From IMG/VR virus record IMGVR_UViG_3300035049_000578, positions 1 to 27,857 of that record: a DNA stretch of 27,857 bases, one strand, 5' to 3'. Of this stretch, positions 18,849 to 26,942 are shown piece by piece. The DNA is from a virus (lineage: Duplodnaviria > Caudoviricetes). The notes beneath the pieces were generated by a model. That model did no database searches. It saw only the letters and a program-made list of their open reading frames with translations, and was not told where the DNA came from. The position numbers and the translations under genes are program-made. Numbering within the stretch: position 1 is the first letter of the stretch; each line of letters starts with the position of its first letter.

Positions 18849-20183
18849 TCACACCGCAACCTTTGTTTTGAAATTTTTCCCCGTGATCAACTCATCCGGG
18901 TGGTAAAGCCGCAAATACCAGGCAATCTCGTAATCATCCAGGGCAAGCAGCTCCTGGACACGCTGTTTGATGCACTGGGTTTTAAACACAGGGTTATAAA
19001 GCACTTCAATAGAATCGGGTGTGGCTGAAATTGTGATGGGGTGCTGGGACAACAGCCACTCAAGTTCTGCCATGGGAGACAGTCCTTCCGGTTTTTTATA
19101 CCCCATATCCACAGCGCTCATGCGCTGGGAAGGCGGCAGCCCGGCCACGACCCAGGCCCCTATATCAACACCAGCTGCCCAGGCTTCACCAGGGTCTTTC
19201 CCTTCCGGCACCGGCCACAGGCGAGCACTCTGAAAGTTTTCCCGCCACCAGTGCCACCCGGTTTTCCCCAGGCCTGCCTGGTCATAATCCAGGGCCACCA
19301 GGATGCGCTGGCACTGCTTCAGGGCGTAAAAAACAGAAGAGCCGGGCCGAATGGATACAGAGCCAAGAGCCACAACCCCGGCATGATTACCAGCCTCCTG
19401 GGCCACCAGGATGGCATCAAGCTCAGCCTCAACGACCACAGCCACAGCCGGCTGTGTCCCCACGGAAAAAACCTCCATGCCGGACCCGGGCAGCACATAG
19501 TATTTCACATCCTTATCGGTCTTCAGGTCTGCCTTTGGCCGCCGGATTTTAATCCGGTGCAAAGCGCCGTCACGGTAACACGGGATAACAAAACCCCTCG
19601 GAATCCAGAGCATTTTAGGCCGCCCGGTTTTTTTATTCAGGATTTCAGGGAGCCCCCAGGATTTACGCGGCCTGAAAGAACACGGATTGCCCTTCTCCCC
19701 GCCGTGCCACCCCAGCCGGAACCGCTTCACCGCCTCCAGAGAAATCCCCCTGGACGCCAGATAATCCAGCCCATGATTATAATCCAACAATGCTTGGTGA
19801 GCTGTCCCCACGAAATCCTCTGCCTTCTTTTGCCAGGTTTCCACAGGATCTGTGTGTGTTTTTGGTTCATACGCCGCAGGCGCAGTGGGTGCAGGGACAG
19901 GTTTATACCGCGTAGGGATATAAGCCCCGCCGCCCCTGCCAGCCGCTTCAAACGCGGCCTTGTATTCATACCCGCAAAAATCCACCAGGAACTGCACCAG
20001 ATCACCACCCTTGCCACACTGCCGACACCAATAAGACCCTTCGCCCCCCCTGTCAGCAGGCCAAACACGAAAACGGTCCCGCCCTCCGCACGAAGGGCAC
20101 GGCCCGGAATACTCCCCGCCCTTGGAGCTGGAAACCTTCTTGGCTTCAACCCCAGCCGTTGACAGTGCGTCCATGATGTTCAT
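18849..20183 (-). CDS. DNA primase (zinc-binding domain + TOPRIM)
   Basis: GPCP.CGG.DRF, WCRQC...GD, YL..RG, VE.E.DA, D.D.AG, GKDP; AAGGAGG RBS before MNIMD at 20183. Confidence 0.92.
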   Translation of the reverse strand: MNIMDALSTAGVEAKKVSSSKGGEYSGPCPSCGGRDRFRVWPADRGGEGSYWCRQCGKGGDLVQFLVDFCGYEYKAAFEAAGRGGGAYIPTRYKPVPAPTAPAAYEPKTHTDPVETWQKKAEDFVGTAHQALLDYNHGLDYLASRGISLEAVKRFRLGWHGGEKGNPCSFRPRKSWGLPEILNKKTGRPKMLWIPRGFVIPCYRDGALHRIKIRRPKADLKTDKDVKYYVLPGSGMEVFSVGTQPAVAVVVEAELDAILVAQEAGNHAGVVALGSVSIRPGSSVFYALKQCQRILVALDYDQAGLGKTGWHWWRENFQSARLWPVPEGKDPGEAWAAGVDIGAWVVAGLPPSQRMSAVDMGYKKPEGLSPMAELEWLLSQHPITISATPDSIEVLYNPVFKTQCIKQRVQELLALDDYEIAWYLRLYHPDELITGKNFKTKVAV

Positions 20184-20213
20184 CGCGCCTCCTTGACCCG
20201 CAAAAAAGAAAGC

Positions 20214-20481
20214 GGGATAATGCACGGGATAAAGAAACAACGCTTTTTTGTTTTTCCCGTTTGTTTTAACTCTTTGTTTTTATTCTTTATTTTATTTTCA
20301 ATGGGATAATGGGAGTGAAATCTATAGAAAAAAGTAAAAATAAAATAGAAAAAAAATATTCTAATATTATTGCGTTTTTCCTCCCACGCTCCCGACATGG
20401 CTATCCCTCTGCTTAATCTTTAATGTTTTTGGTAGGTTAAAAATCCACGGGACTATTAAAAGCCGCTTAAAATTAGTCCCG
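20214..20481. repeat. Second AT-rich origin-like region with GGGATA-type boxes
   Basis: GGGATA at 20214, 20226, 20303, inverted at 20402; CGGGACTA/TAGTCCCG inverted pair at 20448-20481. Confidence 0.55.
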
Positions 20482-20485
20482 CTCT

Positions 20486-22060
20486 TTACAGCTCATCTTC
20501 CCGCAACCCGACGCCTATGTATTTAATGTTGCTTGCCTTGACCTTCTCAAACCGCGCTGAAAACCACTGCCCAAAGCGTTTCTTTTTGGGCACCCTGTTT
20601 GACACGTTCTCTCGCCACCACTCATCAAATTTTTCGTACACCGCCGCCGCTGAAACGTGGAATCCTTCACCAACTACACAGCACTCGCTTATAAAATCTC
20701 CGACAGAATCCTCGTCCTGCCGGTACTCCTGGACAGCCTCTTTCACAGCCGCAGGCTGAATTAATTTGTGCCCTGCTTTTTGCCACTCCAGACACCCCTT
20801 TACAAACCAAGCCAGGATACTGGAATATACGGCCTCCAGTTTTTTAGGCAATCCGGGGTCTGCATCTCTTTCATGCTTGGCAAGTTCTTGATCCGGCGTC
20901 TGCCTTATAATAAAGGATACATCAAAAGGAAAAACGATCATGCGCCGCCAAAACGCGAAATCATCTGCCGACGCATGTGGCTTATGGTTGGTCAGGAGCA
21001 TCAATGTATGGGTAGGTTCAAAAGATACTTCATATTTATCGTGAGGATTTCTGCCTGTGATCGTGTCTGCACCCGTTAACCACTTCACCCGGCTGGATGA
21101 AATCTTGCAGCCGTCGTCAGTTTCTGATGCAAATGCCATTCTCAACCCGCGCAGCGCCATGATATCAGGTGTCGGGCCGGCAGAACTCGCCACCCTGTTC
21201 TGGTCTAAAAGCATCTCAGACCGTATGGACCCGGCCAGCGGCCCGAGAATATCCGAGATGGCCTTCACAATCATTGACTTTCCGTTTGCACCTCTCCCGG
21301 TCATGACAATAAAAACCGCCTGCATCACCTTACCAACCATAGCAAACCCACAGACCAGCCGGAAAAAATCAACGAGATCCTGACGACCATCAAAAATTTC
21401 CAGCAGCGCCCCCTCCCACACAGACATATCAGAAAAGATCCCGTCCTCCGGGAATGCTACCGGGCTGGCTTTCAACAGGTAATCTTTCTGTCTGCCGGGC
21501 TCCAGTTCGCCGGTCTTCAGGTTGACAACACCATTTGCGCAAGGCAAAAGCCATGGATTTTGATCAATCTCATCGCCGGCAATGGCAATCGGTTCCTTGC
21601 TTGTATGAGCAAACAAGAGGCAGTTGCTCCGACGGTTGCTCGACCGCAGCAAAGACACTCTTTTGTTTATTTGATCCCGGGTATACTTCAGAGAGCCAGC
21701 ATCTTTATTCTCAGCTTCCAGGTCAGATATTTGTTTTGACAGTCTTTTTGCCTCGTCCTGGTAAACCAGAGCAACTCCGTCCACTGACGCCGCAGCATCA
21801 TCCATCCTGTCCACAATCCAGTGATGACCAGCCCACCGAAGCCAGCAGTTCATTGATTTGTTGAAAATAAAGTCATCACGGTACAACCGCTTAAACAGAT
21901 CCCCGTCACCCAGTTCATTATTCAACAGACACTGCCTGATGAAATCAGAATCCAGGTCCGGAGGCCCTGTGCCGCCGCTGCTTTCGTCGGCATCCTTCAC
22001 CCGGCGTCCGACCTGCTCCCGGATGTCTTTGATATCAACCATATTGCCCATCACTAACAA
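20486..22060 (-). CDS. P4-family/D5-like SF3 helicase
   Basis: D5_N region (NGVVNLKTG), Walker A G.GANGKS, ASE, K.LTG.D.I..R, TNHKP, WRR, C-terminal winged helix. Confidence 0.95.
   Translation of the reverse strand: MLVMGNMVDIKDIREQVGRRVKDADESSGGTGPPDLDSDFIRQCLLNNELGDGDLFKRLYRDDFIFNKSMNCWLRWAGHHWIVDRMDDAAASVDGVALVYQDEAKRLSKQISDLEAENKDAGSLKYTRDQINKRVSLLRSSNRRSNCLLFAHTSKEPIAIAGDEIDQNPWLLPCANGVVNLKTGELEPGRQKDYLLKASPVAFPEDGIFSDMSVWEGALLEIFDGRQDLVDFFRLVCGFAMVGKVMQAVFIVMTGRGANGKSMIVKAISDILGPLAGSIRSEMLLDQNRVASSAGPTPDIMALRGLRMAFASETDDGCKISSSRVKWLTGADTITGRNPHDKYEVSFEPTHTLMLLTNHKPHASADDFAFWRRMIVFPFDVSFIIRQTPDQELAKHERDADPGLPKKLEAVYSSILAWFVKGCLEWQKAGHKLIQPAAVKEAVQEYRQDEDSVGDFISECCVVGEGFHVSAAAVYEKFDEWWRENVSNRVPKKKRFGQWFSARFEKVKASNIKYIGVGLREDEL
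21035..21128. repeat. 94-bp exact direct repeat, copy 2 (native, inside helicase)
   Basis: Identical to 16445-16538. Confidence 0.97.
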
Positions 22061-22134
22061 CCTTTTGAAAAGTAAGTAAAAACCCTAAACAGTTCCCCAT
22101 GCCCCACCCATTCTCAAAAAAAGTCAGAGCCAAA

Positions 22135-22182
22135 TCTCGCGCTCATCTGCACCTCAACGGAAAGAGTCCCAGAAGGACCCGT
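22135..22182 (-). other. Putative cos-like packaging site
   Basis: GGGTCCT (the lambda cosQ sequence) followed 32 nt later by CGCG, in a noncoding gap; phage has a GpA terminase. Confidence 0.45.
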
Positions 22183-22270
22183 GAAGAATTTCATCCCGCA
22201 TAAAAGATGTTTAGACTTTGGTTTGTTTGATATTTGAGGGGGCCTGGGGGATCTTCGCTGCCCAATGCCG

Positions 22271-22414
22271 TCAATCAAAATAAAAGTCAGGAGCCAGGTT
22301 ATTGTCCTCACAGCCTGACTCAAATTCCAAAGCGTAATCACAAGACTGGCAGGTGCATTCATCTATCAACTCTCCGCAATCAGGGCAGTATTCTGCCGTG
22401 TCGTTTCTGTCCAT
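22271..22414 (-). CDS. 47-aa acidic Cys-rich protein (not in the ORF track)
   Basis: AAGGAGG RBS; MDRNDTAEYCPDCGELIDECTCQSCDYALEFESGCEDNNLAPDFYFD. Confidence 0.7.
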   Translation of the reverse strand: MDRNDTAEYCPDCGELIDECTCQSCDYALEFESGCEDNNLAPDFYFD

Positions 22415-22429
22415 TACTCGCCTCCTTGG

Positions 22430-22957
22430 CTATTCAAACGTTAACGTATCCGCCCCCAGAACACCGGCTTCAATAAGCTGGTCATACAAAGACAACAGGG
22501 TGTCCTCAACATCCTGGCGGAACTTGAGGTCTTCTGTCTCTCTGATTCCGTCCGGATATAGATATGGGTTTAAAAATATTTTTTTGAAAATAATGAGATC
22601 GTAATGCTGGATGTGGTGTTCTGCATAAGAAAGCATTGCCTGTGCCTGAGACGTGAACCCGGCCACCAGTGAATAGGCAATGGTGTCAATGATGGTCCGG
22701 TCTGTTATCACCACATCGAACCTGGACATGGCATCGAATTCATGCTTGAGCTGTGCCGCAAATATCCAGGCTTGAGCTTGTTCTGTTGTTTGTTTGTTGA
22801 TAGGGTACGGACACATGGCTTCGATGTCCGCACTGAAAGAAACAGCAAGGTTGGTCTTAGATTCCTTCATAAATTCATAATACCGGCCCGCTCCTGTAGA
22901 CTTTCCAGTACCATGGCTGCCGGTATAAGAAATGACGGATCTTTTTTTATGGATCAT
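22430..22957 (-). CDS. P-loop nucleotide kinase-like protein (AAA_28/NadR-type)
   Basis: GSHGTGKS, DRT..D..AY, YDLI, DG.R. Confidence 0.8.
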   Translation of the reverse strand: MIHKKRSVISYTGSHGTGKSTGAGRYYEFMKESKTNLAVSFSADIEAMCPYPINKQTTEQAQAWIFAAQLKHEFDAMSRFDVVITDRTIIDTIAYSLVAGFTSQAQAMLSYAEHHIQHYDLIIFKKIFLNPYLYPDGIRETEDLKFRQDVEDTLLSLYDQLIEAGVLGADTLTFE

Positions 22958-22966
22958 GCCGCCACC

Positions 22967-23242
22967 CTAAGACCCCAGCTTGATGACAAAAGCCATGTCA
23001 TCATCGCCTATCAGTTCTTGGATTTCAACACCACGGGACATTAGATCAAGAAATGTCATGACGTCTGATTTGTACGTGCTGCCTTGAGGTTCACCCGCCG
23101 CGTATCGCATGACGAAACGCATACTGACAGGCTTTCCATTGTATCCATTGACCAACAGGTCAGCTATAAAGTTCTTTCTTCCTGCATACGTCACCAGGCG
23201 CTTAACTGCCTGTCTCTCCTCTTCAGAAAACCTCACATCCAT
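22967..23242 (-). CDS. Hypothetical early protein
   Basis: AAGGAG RBS, tight packing in the operon. Confidence 0.7.
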   Translation of the reverse strand: MDVRFSEEERQAVKRLVTYAGRKNFIADLLVNGYNGKPVSMRFVMRYAAGEPQGSTYKSDVMTFLDLMSRGVEIQELIGDDDMAFVIKLGS

Positions 23243-23254
23243 CTCGCCGCTCCT

Positions 23255-23440
23255 TTACAGCTTCTGCTGTAGCTCATGGGCCAGGCCGTAAGACGCGCCC
23301 ATGAATAACAATAATCCGCCAGTTGACAAATATATTTGGTACTCTATAAGATCACATGCGACTTCAGCCCCGGCCAGAACAAGACCAGCACCCCACAAGA
23401 CCGCATAAAACATCGCTTTGACACCCATTCCTAAAAACAT
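23255..23440 (-). CDS. Small two-helix membrane protein
   Basis: Two hydrophobic segments, operon orientation; start uncertain. Confidence 0.6.
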   Translation of the reverse strand: MFLGMGVKAMFYAVLWGAGLVLAGAEVACDLIEYQIYLSTGGLLLFMGASYGLAHELQQKL

Positions 23441-23483
23441 CCTTTTGGGGCCGTTTCCGGCCCCGGTCTAAGGAGAGAAAGAT

Positions 23484-23515
23484 ATTGACCGCCACAGCCA
23501 ATCACTCTCTTTCCT
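23484..23515. repeat. 32-bp direct repeat copy A, inside a hairpin (23471-23515)
   Basis: ATTGACCGCCACAGCCAATCACTCTCTTTCCT, 30/32 identical to 25225-25256. Confidence 0.9.
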
Positions 23516-23609
23516 GTTGGTTAAATATTACTTATTATTCAGCATTAAGGACTCATCAAAGTCCTGTTCAATTTCTTCAAACAGCGCCCGTTTTGCGGAC
23601 AGTTTTTGT

Positions 23610-23816
23610 TCATCTGTCCATGTCGTATTTTTTCTGATCACGGCCATAAGAATCCTGGTAAAAGATCGGCCGAAAATTCAGCCGATCTTTTTCGTCATCC
23701 TTAATCAGATTTTCTATTTTCTGTATGACGTTTTTATGTTGCTTGCCAAACTTATCAGCCACGGTCAAAGAGTCTGTAAGCACTGTTTGTTTTTTAGTGG
23801 TAACAAGGTCCATCAT
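23610..23816 (-). pseudogene. rha: Truncated Rha-family regulator
   Basis: DSL.VA..FGK.HKNV...I and Y.D..GR....Y.MDR, then a stop where DGF..L.MGFTG normally follows. Confidence 0.75.
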
Positions 23817-24040
23817 GCAACCTCCTCGGCCCGAAGGCTTGCAAACGCTTCTCGAAGTTGGTCCGGCGTGGCGTTTTTCCAGCCCTGGACATCCATCCAG
23901 TGGAACTCAGCGGCCAGAGAGCAAGCAAAAGGCCAGGACACAGCCTCTTTGCCGTTTAACAGCAAACTAATCTTAGCTTGGCTTATTTTGCTGTCATGTT
24001 TTGCCTTAAAATATTTAGCTATTTCAATTTGAGTCATCAT
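23813..24040 (-). CDS. Cro-like HTH regulator
   Basis: MTQ.EIA....ISQA.IS.LLNG; divergent from the repressor. Confidence 0.8.
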   Translation of the reverse strand: MMTQIEIAKYFKAKHDSKISQAKISLLLNGKEAVSWPFACSLAAEFHWMDVQGWKNATPDQLREAFASLRAEEVA

Positions 24041-24046
24041 GGCTAT

Positions 24047-24075
24047 AGCATATTTGTAGCACGAATTGTTGTCAA
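24047..24075 (-). promoter_or_regulatory. Lytic early promoter
   Basis: TTGACA-17 bp-TATGCT. Confidence 0.8.
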
Positions 24076-24140
24076 GCAAAAAATATTATAAAAACCAATA
24101 ATTTTTTATAAAGATATAGATATTCAACAAATATGAGGTG

Positions 24141-24169
24141 TTGAGAGACTTTTAATGGTGTAGTATTTT
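24141..24169 (+). promoter_or_regulatory. Repressor promoter
   Basis: TTGAGA-17 bp-TATTTT. Confidence 0.55.
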
Positions 24170-24175
24170 ATTAAG

Positions 24176-24761
24176 ATGGAAGATCTAATGGAAAATAAAA
24201 ATAAAATATTTGCAATTGGTATAGATAAAATACGTCGAAATAAAAATTGGACACAGAAAAACCTGGCTTCCAAAATAAAAGACGGAAAAAGGGGAACTGT
24301 TTCAAGTTGGCTTTGCTGCAGGACTAAGCTCCCAGAAGAAAGGTTTGAAGAATTTGCATCCATATTCAATACCACCGTAGACGCTATCCTTATGATTGGC
24401 CGGGAAGAAATATCAAAAAAAGAAGGATTCAAAGCCAGGGAATCAGACATCGAAAAAAAGACTTGCTGAAATTGAAAAAAAAATAAGCAACAAAGCCCAG
24501 CAACCGGCAGACATTACCACTGAACGCCACCGGCAAACCATTGAACAATTCCAAGATAAAATACTCGCCCTTGAAATAAATATAGAACTTGTAAAACTTG
24601 AACAGCTCGATAAGGGCCAATTAAAGGAAATACTTGGAATAATAAAAGATAGGAAATTTAGGTTAGAACAAGAATCACAAAAAAAAGAACCGGCATCAAA
24701 CGGGGAAAATAGGTGTCTCATCATACCATTCCCGCTTACCAAGGGCGGGTTGATTGAATAG
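24176..24761 (+). pseudogene. XRE-family HTH phage repressor, split by one extra A in an A7 run
   Basis: WTQKNLA...TVSSW HTH; removing one A at 24453-24459 joins the two track ORFs as ...SDIEKRLAEIEKK... Confidence 0.75.
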
Positions 24762-24788
24762 TTTTCAATCTTTCAAAGGGGAATTATT

Positions 24789-25170
24789 ATGAAAAAAATC
24801 TTGATCGCGTTGTCCATTCTGGTTGCCTTTTCTACATCCGCCTGGGCGGGCAGCTTAACGGCTTCCCAAAAAAAATGCAGTCCGATCCGCAAAACAATAC
24901 CTGTCCATGACCGGCTTTTCAAGGGCCGGATTAATCCAACAGCTTTCGGCAGATTTTGGTGACGGGTATTCTGTCCCTGATGCAACCGCCGCAGTAGACA
25001 GCATGGATGTAGACTGGAACGAGCAAGCAGCCCGTTCCGCAAAACAGTATATAGAAATGCAGGGCTTCTCATGCAAAGGGCTTGTTCAGCAGCTTTCATC
25101 AAGCGCCGGAGATAAATACACCGTGGATCAAGCGACCTATGGAGCCCGTAAAGTAGGGGTTTGTAAATAG
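24789..25170 (+). pseudogene. Ltp-family secreted superinfection-exclusion protein, split by one extra A in an A8 run
   Basis: Signal peptide MKKILIALSILVAFSTSAWA; removing one A at 24868-24875 gives QKNAVRSAKQYLSMTGFSR and two Ltp-type repeats (VDWNEQA..SAKQY, GFS..GL..QL). Confidence 0.85.
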
Positions 25171-25188
25171 ACAACAATTTTTTTCTGT

Positions 25189-25217
25189 TTGACAATGCAA
25201 AAATAATCTGCAATCCT
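25189..25217 (+). promoter_or_regulatory. Promoter for the structured leader RNA / rightward early operon
   Basis: TTGACA-17 bp-AATCCT with TGn extension; -10 is imperfect. Confidence 0.6.
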
Positions 25218-25223
25218 ATGCAC

Positions 25224-25331
25224 GATTGACCGCCACAACCAATCACTCTTTTTCCTTGCAACCGCCAGGAGGTAAGGATGAGAGAACATCACAGCAAAAC
25301 CCGTGTCATAATCAATGACAACGGGTTTTTT
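25224..25331 (+). ncRNA. Putative three-hairpin leader/small RNA containing repeat copy B (25225-25256)
   Basis: Hairpin GATTG/CAATC, hairpin 25246-25284, terminator hairpin; both first loops carry ACCGCCA. Confidence 0.65.
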
Positions 25332-25391
25332 GTATTCACACTCCTATCCCCCGCCTCCCTTCTTTTTAAAGGAGGATATCTGTGGACATAA
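25278..25391 (+). CDS. 37-aa leader peptide MREHHSKTRVIINDNGFFVFTLLSPASLLFKGGYLWT
   Basis: AGGAGG 5 nt before ATG; spans the terminator and overlaps the GTG of the next gene. Confidence 0.5.
   Translation: MREHHSKTRVIINDNGFFVFTLLSPASLLFKGGYLWT
25296..25331 (+). terminator. Intrinsic terminator
   Basis: AAAACCCGTGTCAT-AATCA-ATGACAACGGGTTTTTT stem with U-tract. Confidence 0.8.
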
Positions 25392-26899
25392 TCATAGATG
25401 CAGAAACCACCGGGACAAAGCAAAAAGACCAAGTCATTGAGCTGGCTATCATCAACGCAGAGACGGCAGAAACCATCTTCAACAGGCGCATGAAGCCCAC
25501 AGTTGAAATCAACCCAGAAGCCGCCGCCGTCCACGGAATTCATGAAAAATATCTCTCCGGGTGCAGCACATGGATGGATTATCACGCCCACATCATGGGT
25601 ATCATCAGGCATGCCAAATTAGTTATAGCGTACAACTCAAGCTTTGATACCCGGATCATAGAGCAAACGGCCAGGGCCTTTAATTGTTTTTGGCCCCGTG
25701 CCGGAATACGGCACCTTTGCGAAAACCTGGACAATGTAAATCCACGGGCATTGTTCCCCCAAGGAAGAATCAATCTCCTGGTAGCCTCTCCGGAATGCAC
25801 CCACCACAGCAATGCCAGGGGTGGTGTGCCCTGTTCTGATCAATCCAGGGCAACGGCCTGGAGGGTGGTGGACTGGGCGGCCGCCATCTACATTGATAAT
25901 ATCCTTATTGAAAATGTTCCGGAGTTTCAATCCTGGGGACCACTTGGTGCCGATGGAAAGCCGATGAAATCAAAAAAAGGGGCGACATTCCAGGCTTTTA
26001 AGATTGCCCTTGAATCACTTGGTTACCGGGTTGATTATCGGGTTTTAAATGCGGCCGACTATGGCGACCCAACCTGCCGGAAACGATTTTTCCTAATTGC
26101 GCGCCGCGGTAACAAGCGAGTCCACTGGCCTGAACAGACACATGCAGAGCATGCCTGCCGGGATATGTTCGGGCACGAGACAAAACCATGGGTACCGGCC
26201 AGGAAAATTATTGATTGGAACATTGAAGGGCAGTCAATTTTTAACCGGAAAAAACCGCTGGCGAAAAAAACTTTGGCCCGTATTGAATATGGGCTTCGAA
26301 AGTTTGGCGGAGAGGACTTCTTGGTTAAATTTTTCGGCACCGGCCAGGGTGTCTCTCTGGATAAACCCATGGACACCGTTACGACCAGCGGGAACCACCA
26401 TGGTCTGGTTCAGCCTTTTGTCACTATCATGAAGGGTATGAGTAAAACCCGGGGCGTGGACAAGCCTTTGCCAACACTCACAACGAAACAACACATATAG
26501 CTTTGTGAATCATTCCTGATTGACCTGAATTATTCCCATGCTGGTCCTGCTCGAGTACGCTCCCTGGCCCGGCCGGCACCGACCGATGTCACTCAGCAGA
26601 ATTACGCCCTGATCCATGCACACCTGATTAAATATTTTGGTACCGGCATGGCCCAGAGCGTTGATAAGCCATTGGATACGGTCACCACAAAGGACCGGTT
26701 CGGCCTGGTAGAAATTTTTGAGAAAACCCCTGGGCTGGATATCCGGTTACGTATGCTGCAGCCGCATGAGCTGGCCAAGGCCCAGTCCTTCCCGGATGAT
26801 TACAAGTTCTGCGGGGATAAGGGGGAGATTGTTAAGCAGATTGGGAATGCAGTGCCAGGGAAAATAGCCGCGGCTTTATGCCGGGAACTTATAACGTAA
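25382..26899 (+). pseudogene. Fusion of truncated DEDDh 3'-5' exonuclease and N-truncated C5 cytosine methyltransferase, with an in-frame TAG
   Basis: DAETTG and AYNSSFD then SPECT, ENV, RKR; no ExoIII or FxGxG motif; TAG at 26498-26500 followed in frame by motifs IX/X (RML.PHEL..AQ.FP, QIGNAVP). Confidence 0.85.
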
Positions 26900-26942
26900 A
26901 AATAAAGTTAATGGGCTGAACAATGCCCGGGAGGAAAAAAAT

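Noticed and set aside
17954-18859. 301-aa Ash-like ORF from the track
   Set aside because: Its 5' two-thirds cross the iteron region, promoter and structured RNA; a good RBS supports a start at 18235
16445-21128. 94-bp repeat as a DGR template/variable repeat pair
   Set aside because: No adenine-specific mismatches (copies are identical) and no reverse transcriptase in the window
24453-24460. Programmed -1 frameshift at A AAA AAG in the repressor
   Set aside because: The -1 frame stops after a few codons; the long continuation needs +1
23484-25256. 32-bp repeats as CRISPR repeats, att sites or nut sites
   Set aside because: Only two copies 1.7 kb apart, no cas or recombinase nearby, and direct orientation is wrong for nut sites of divergent operons
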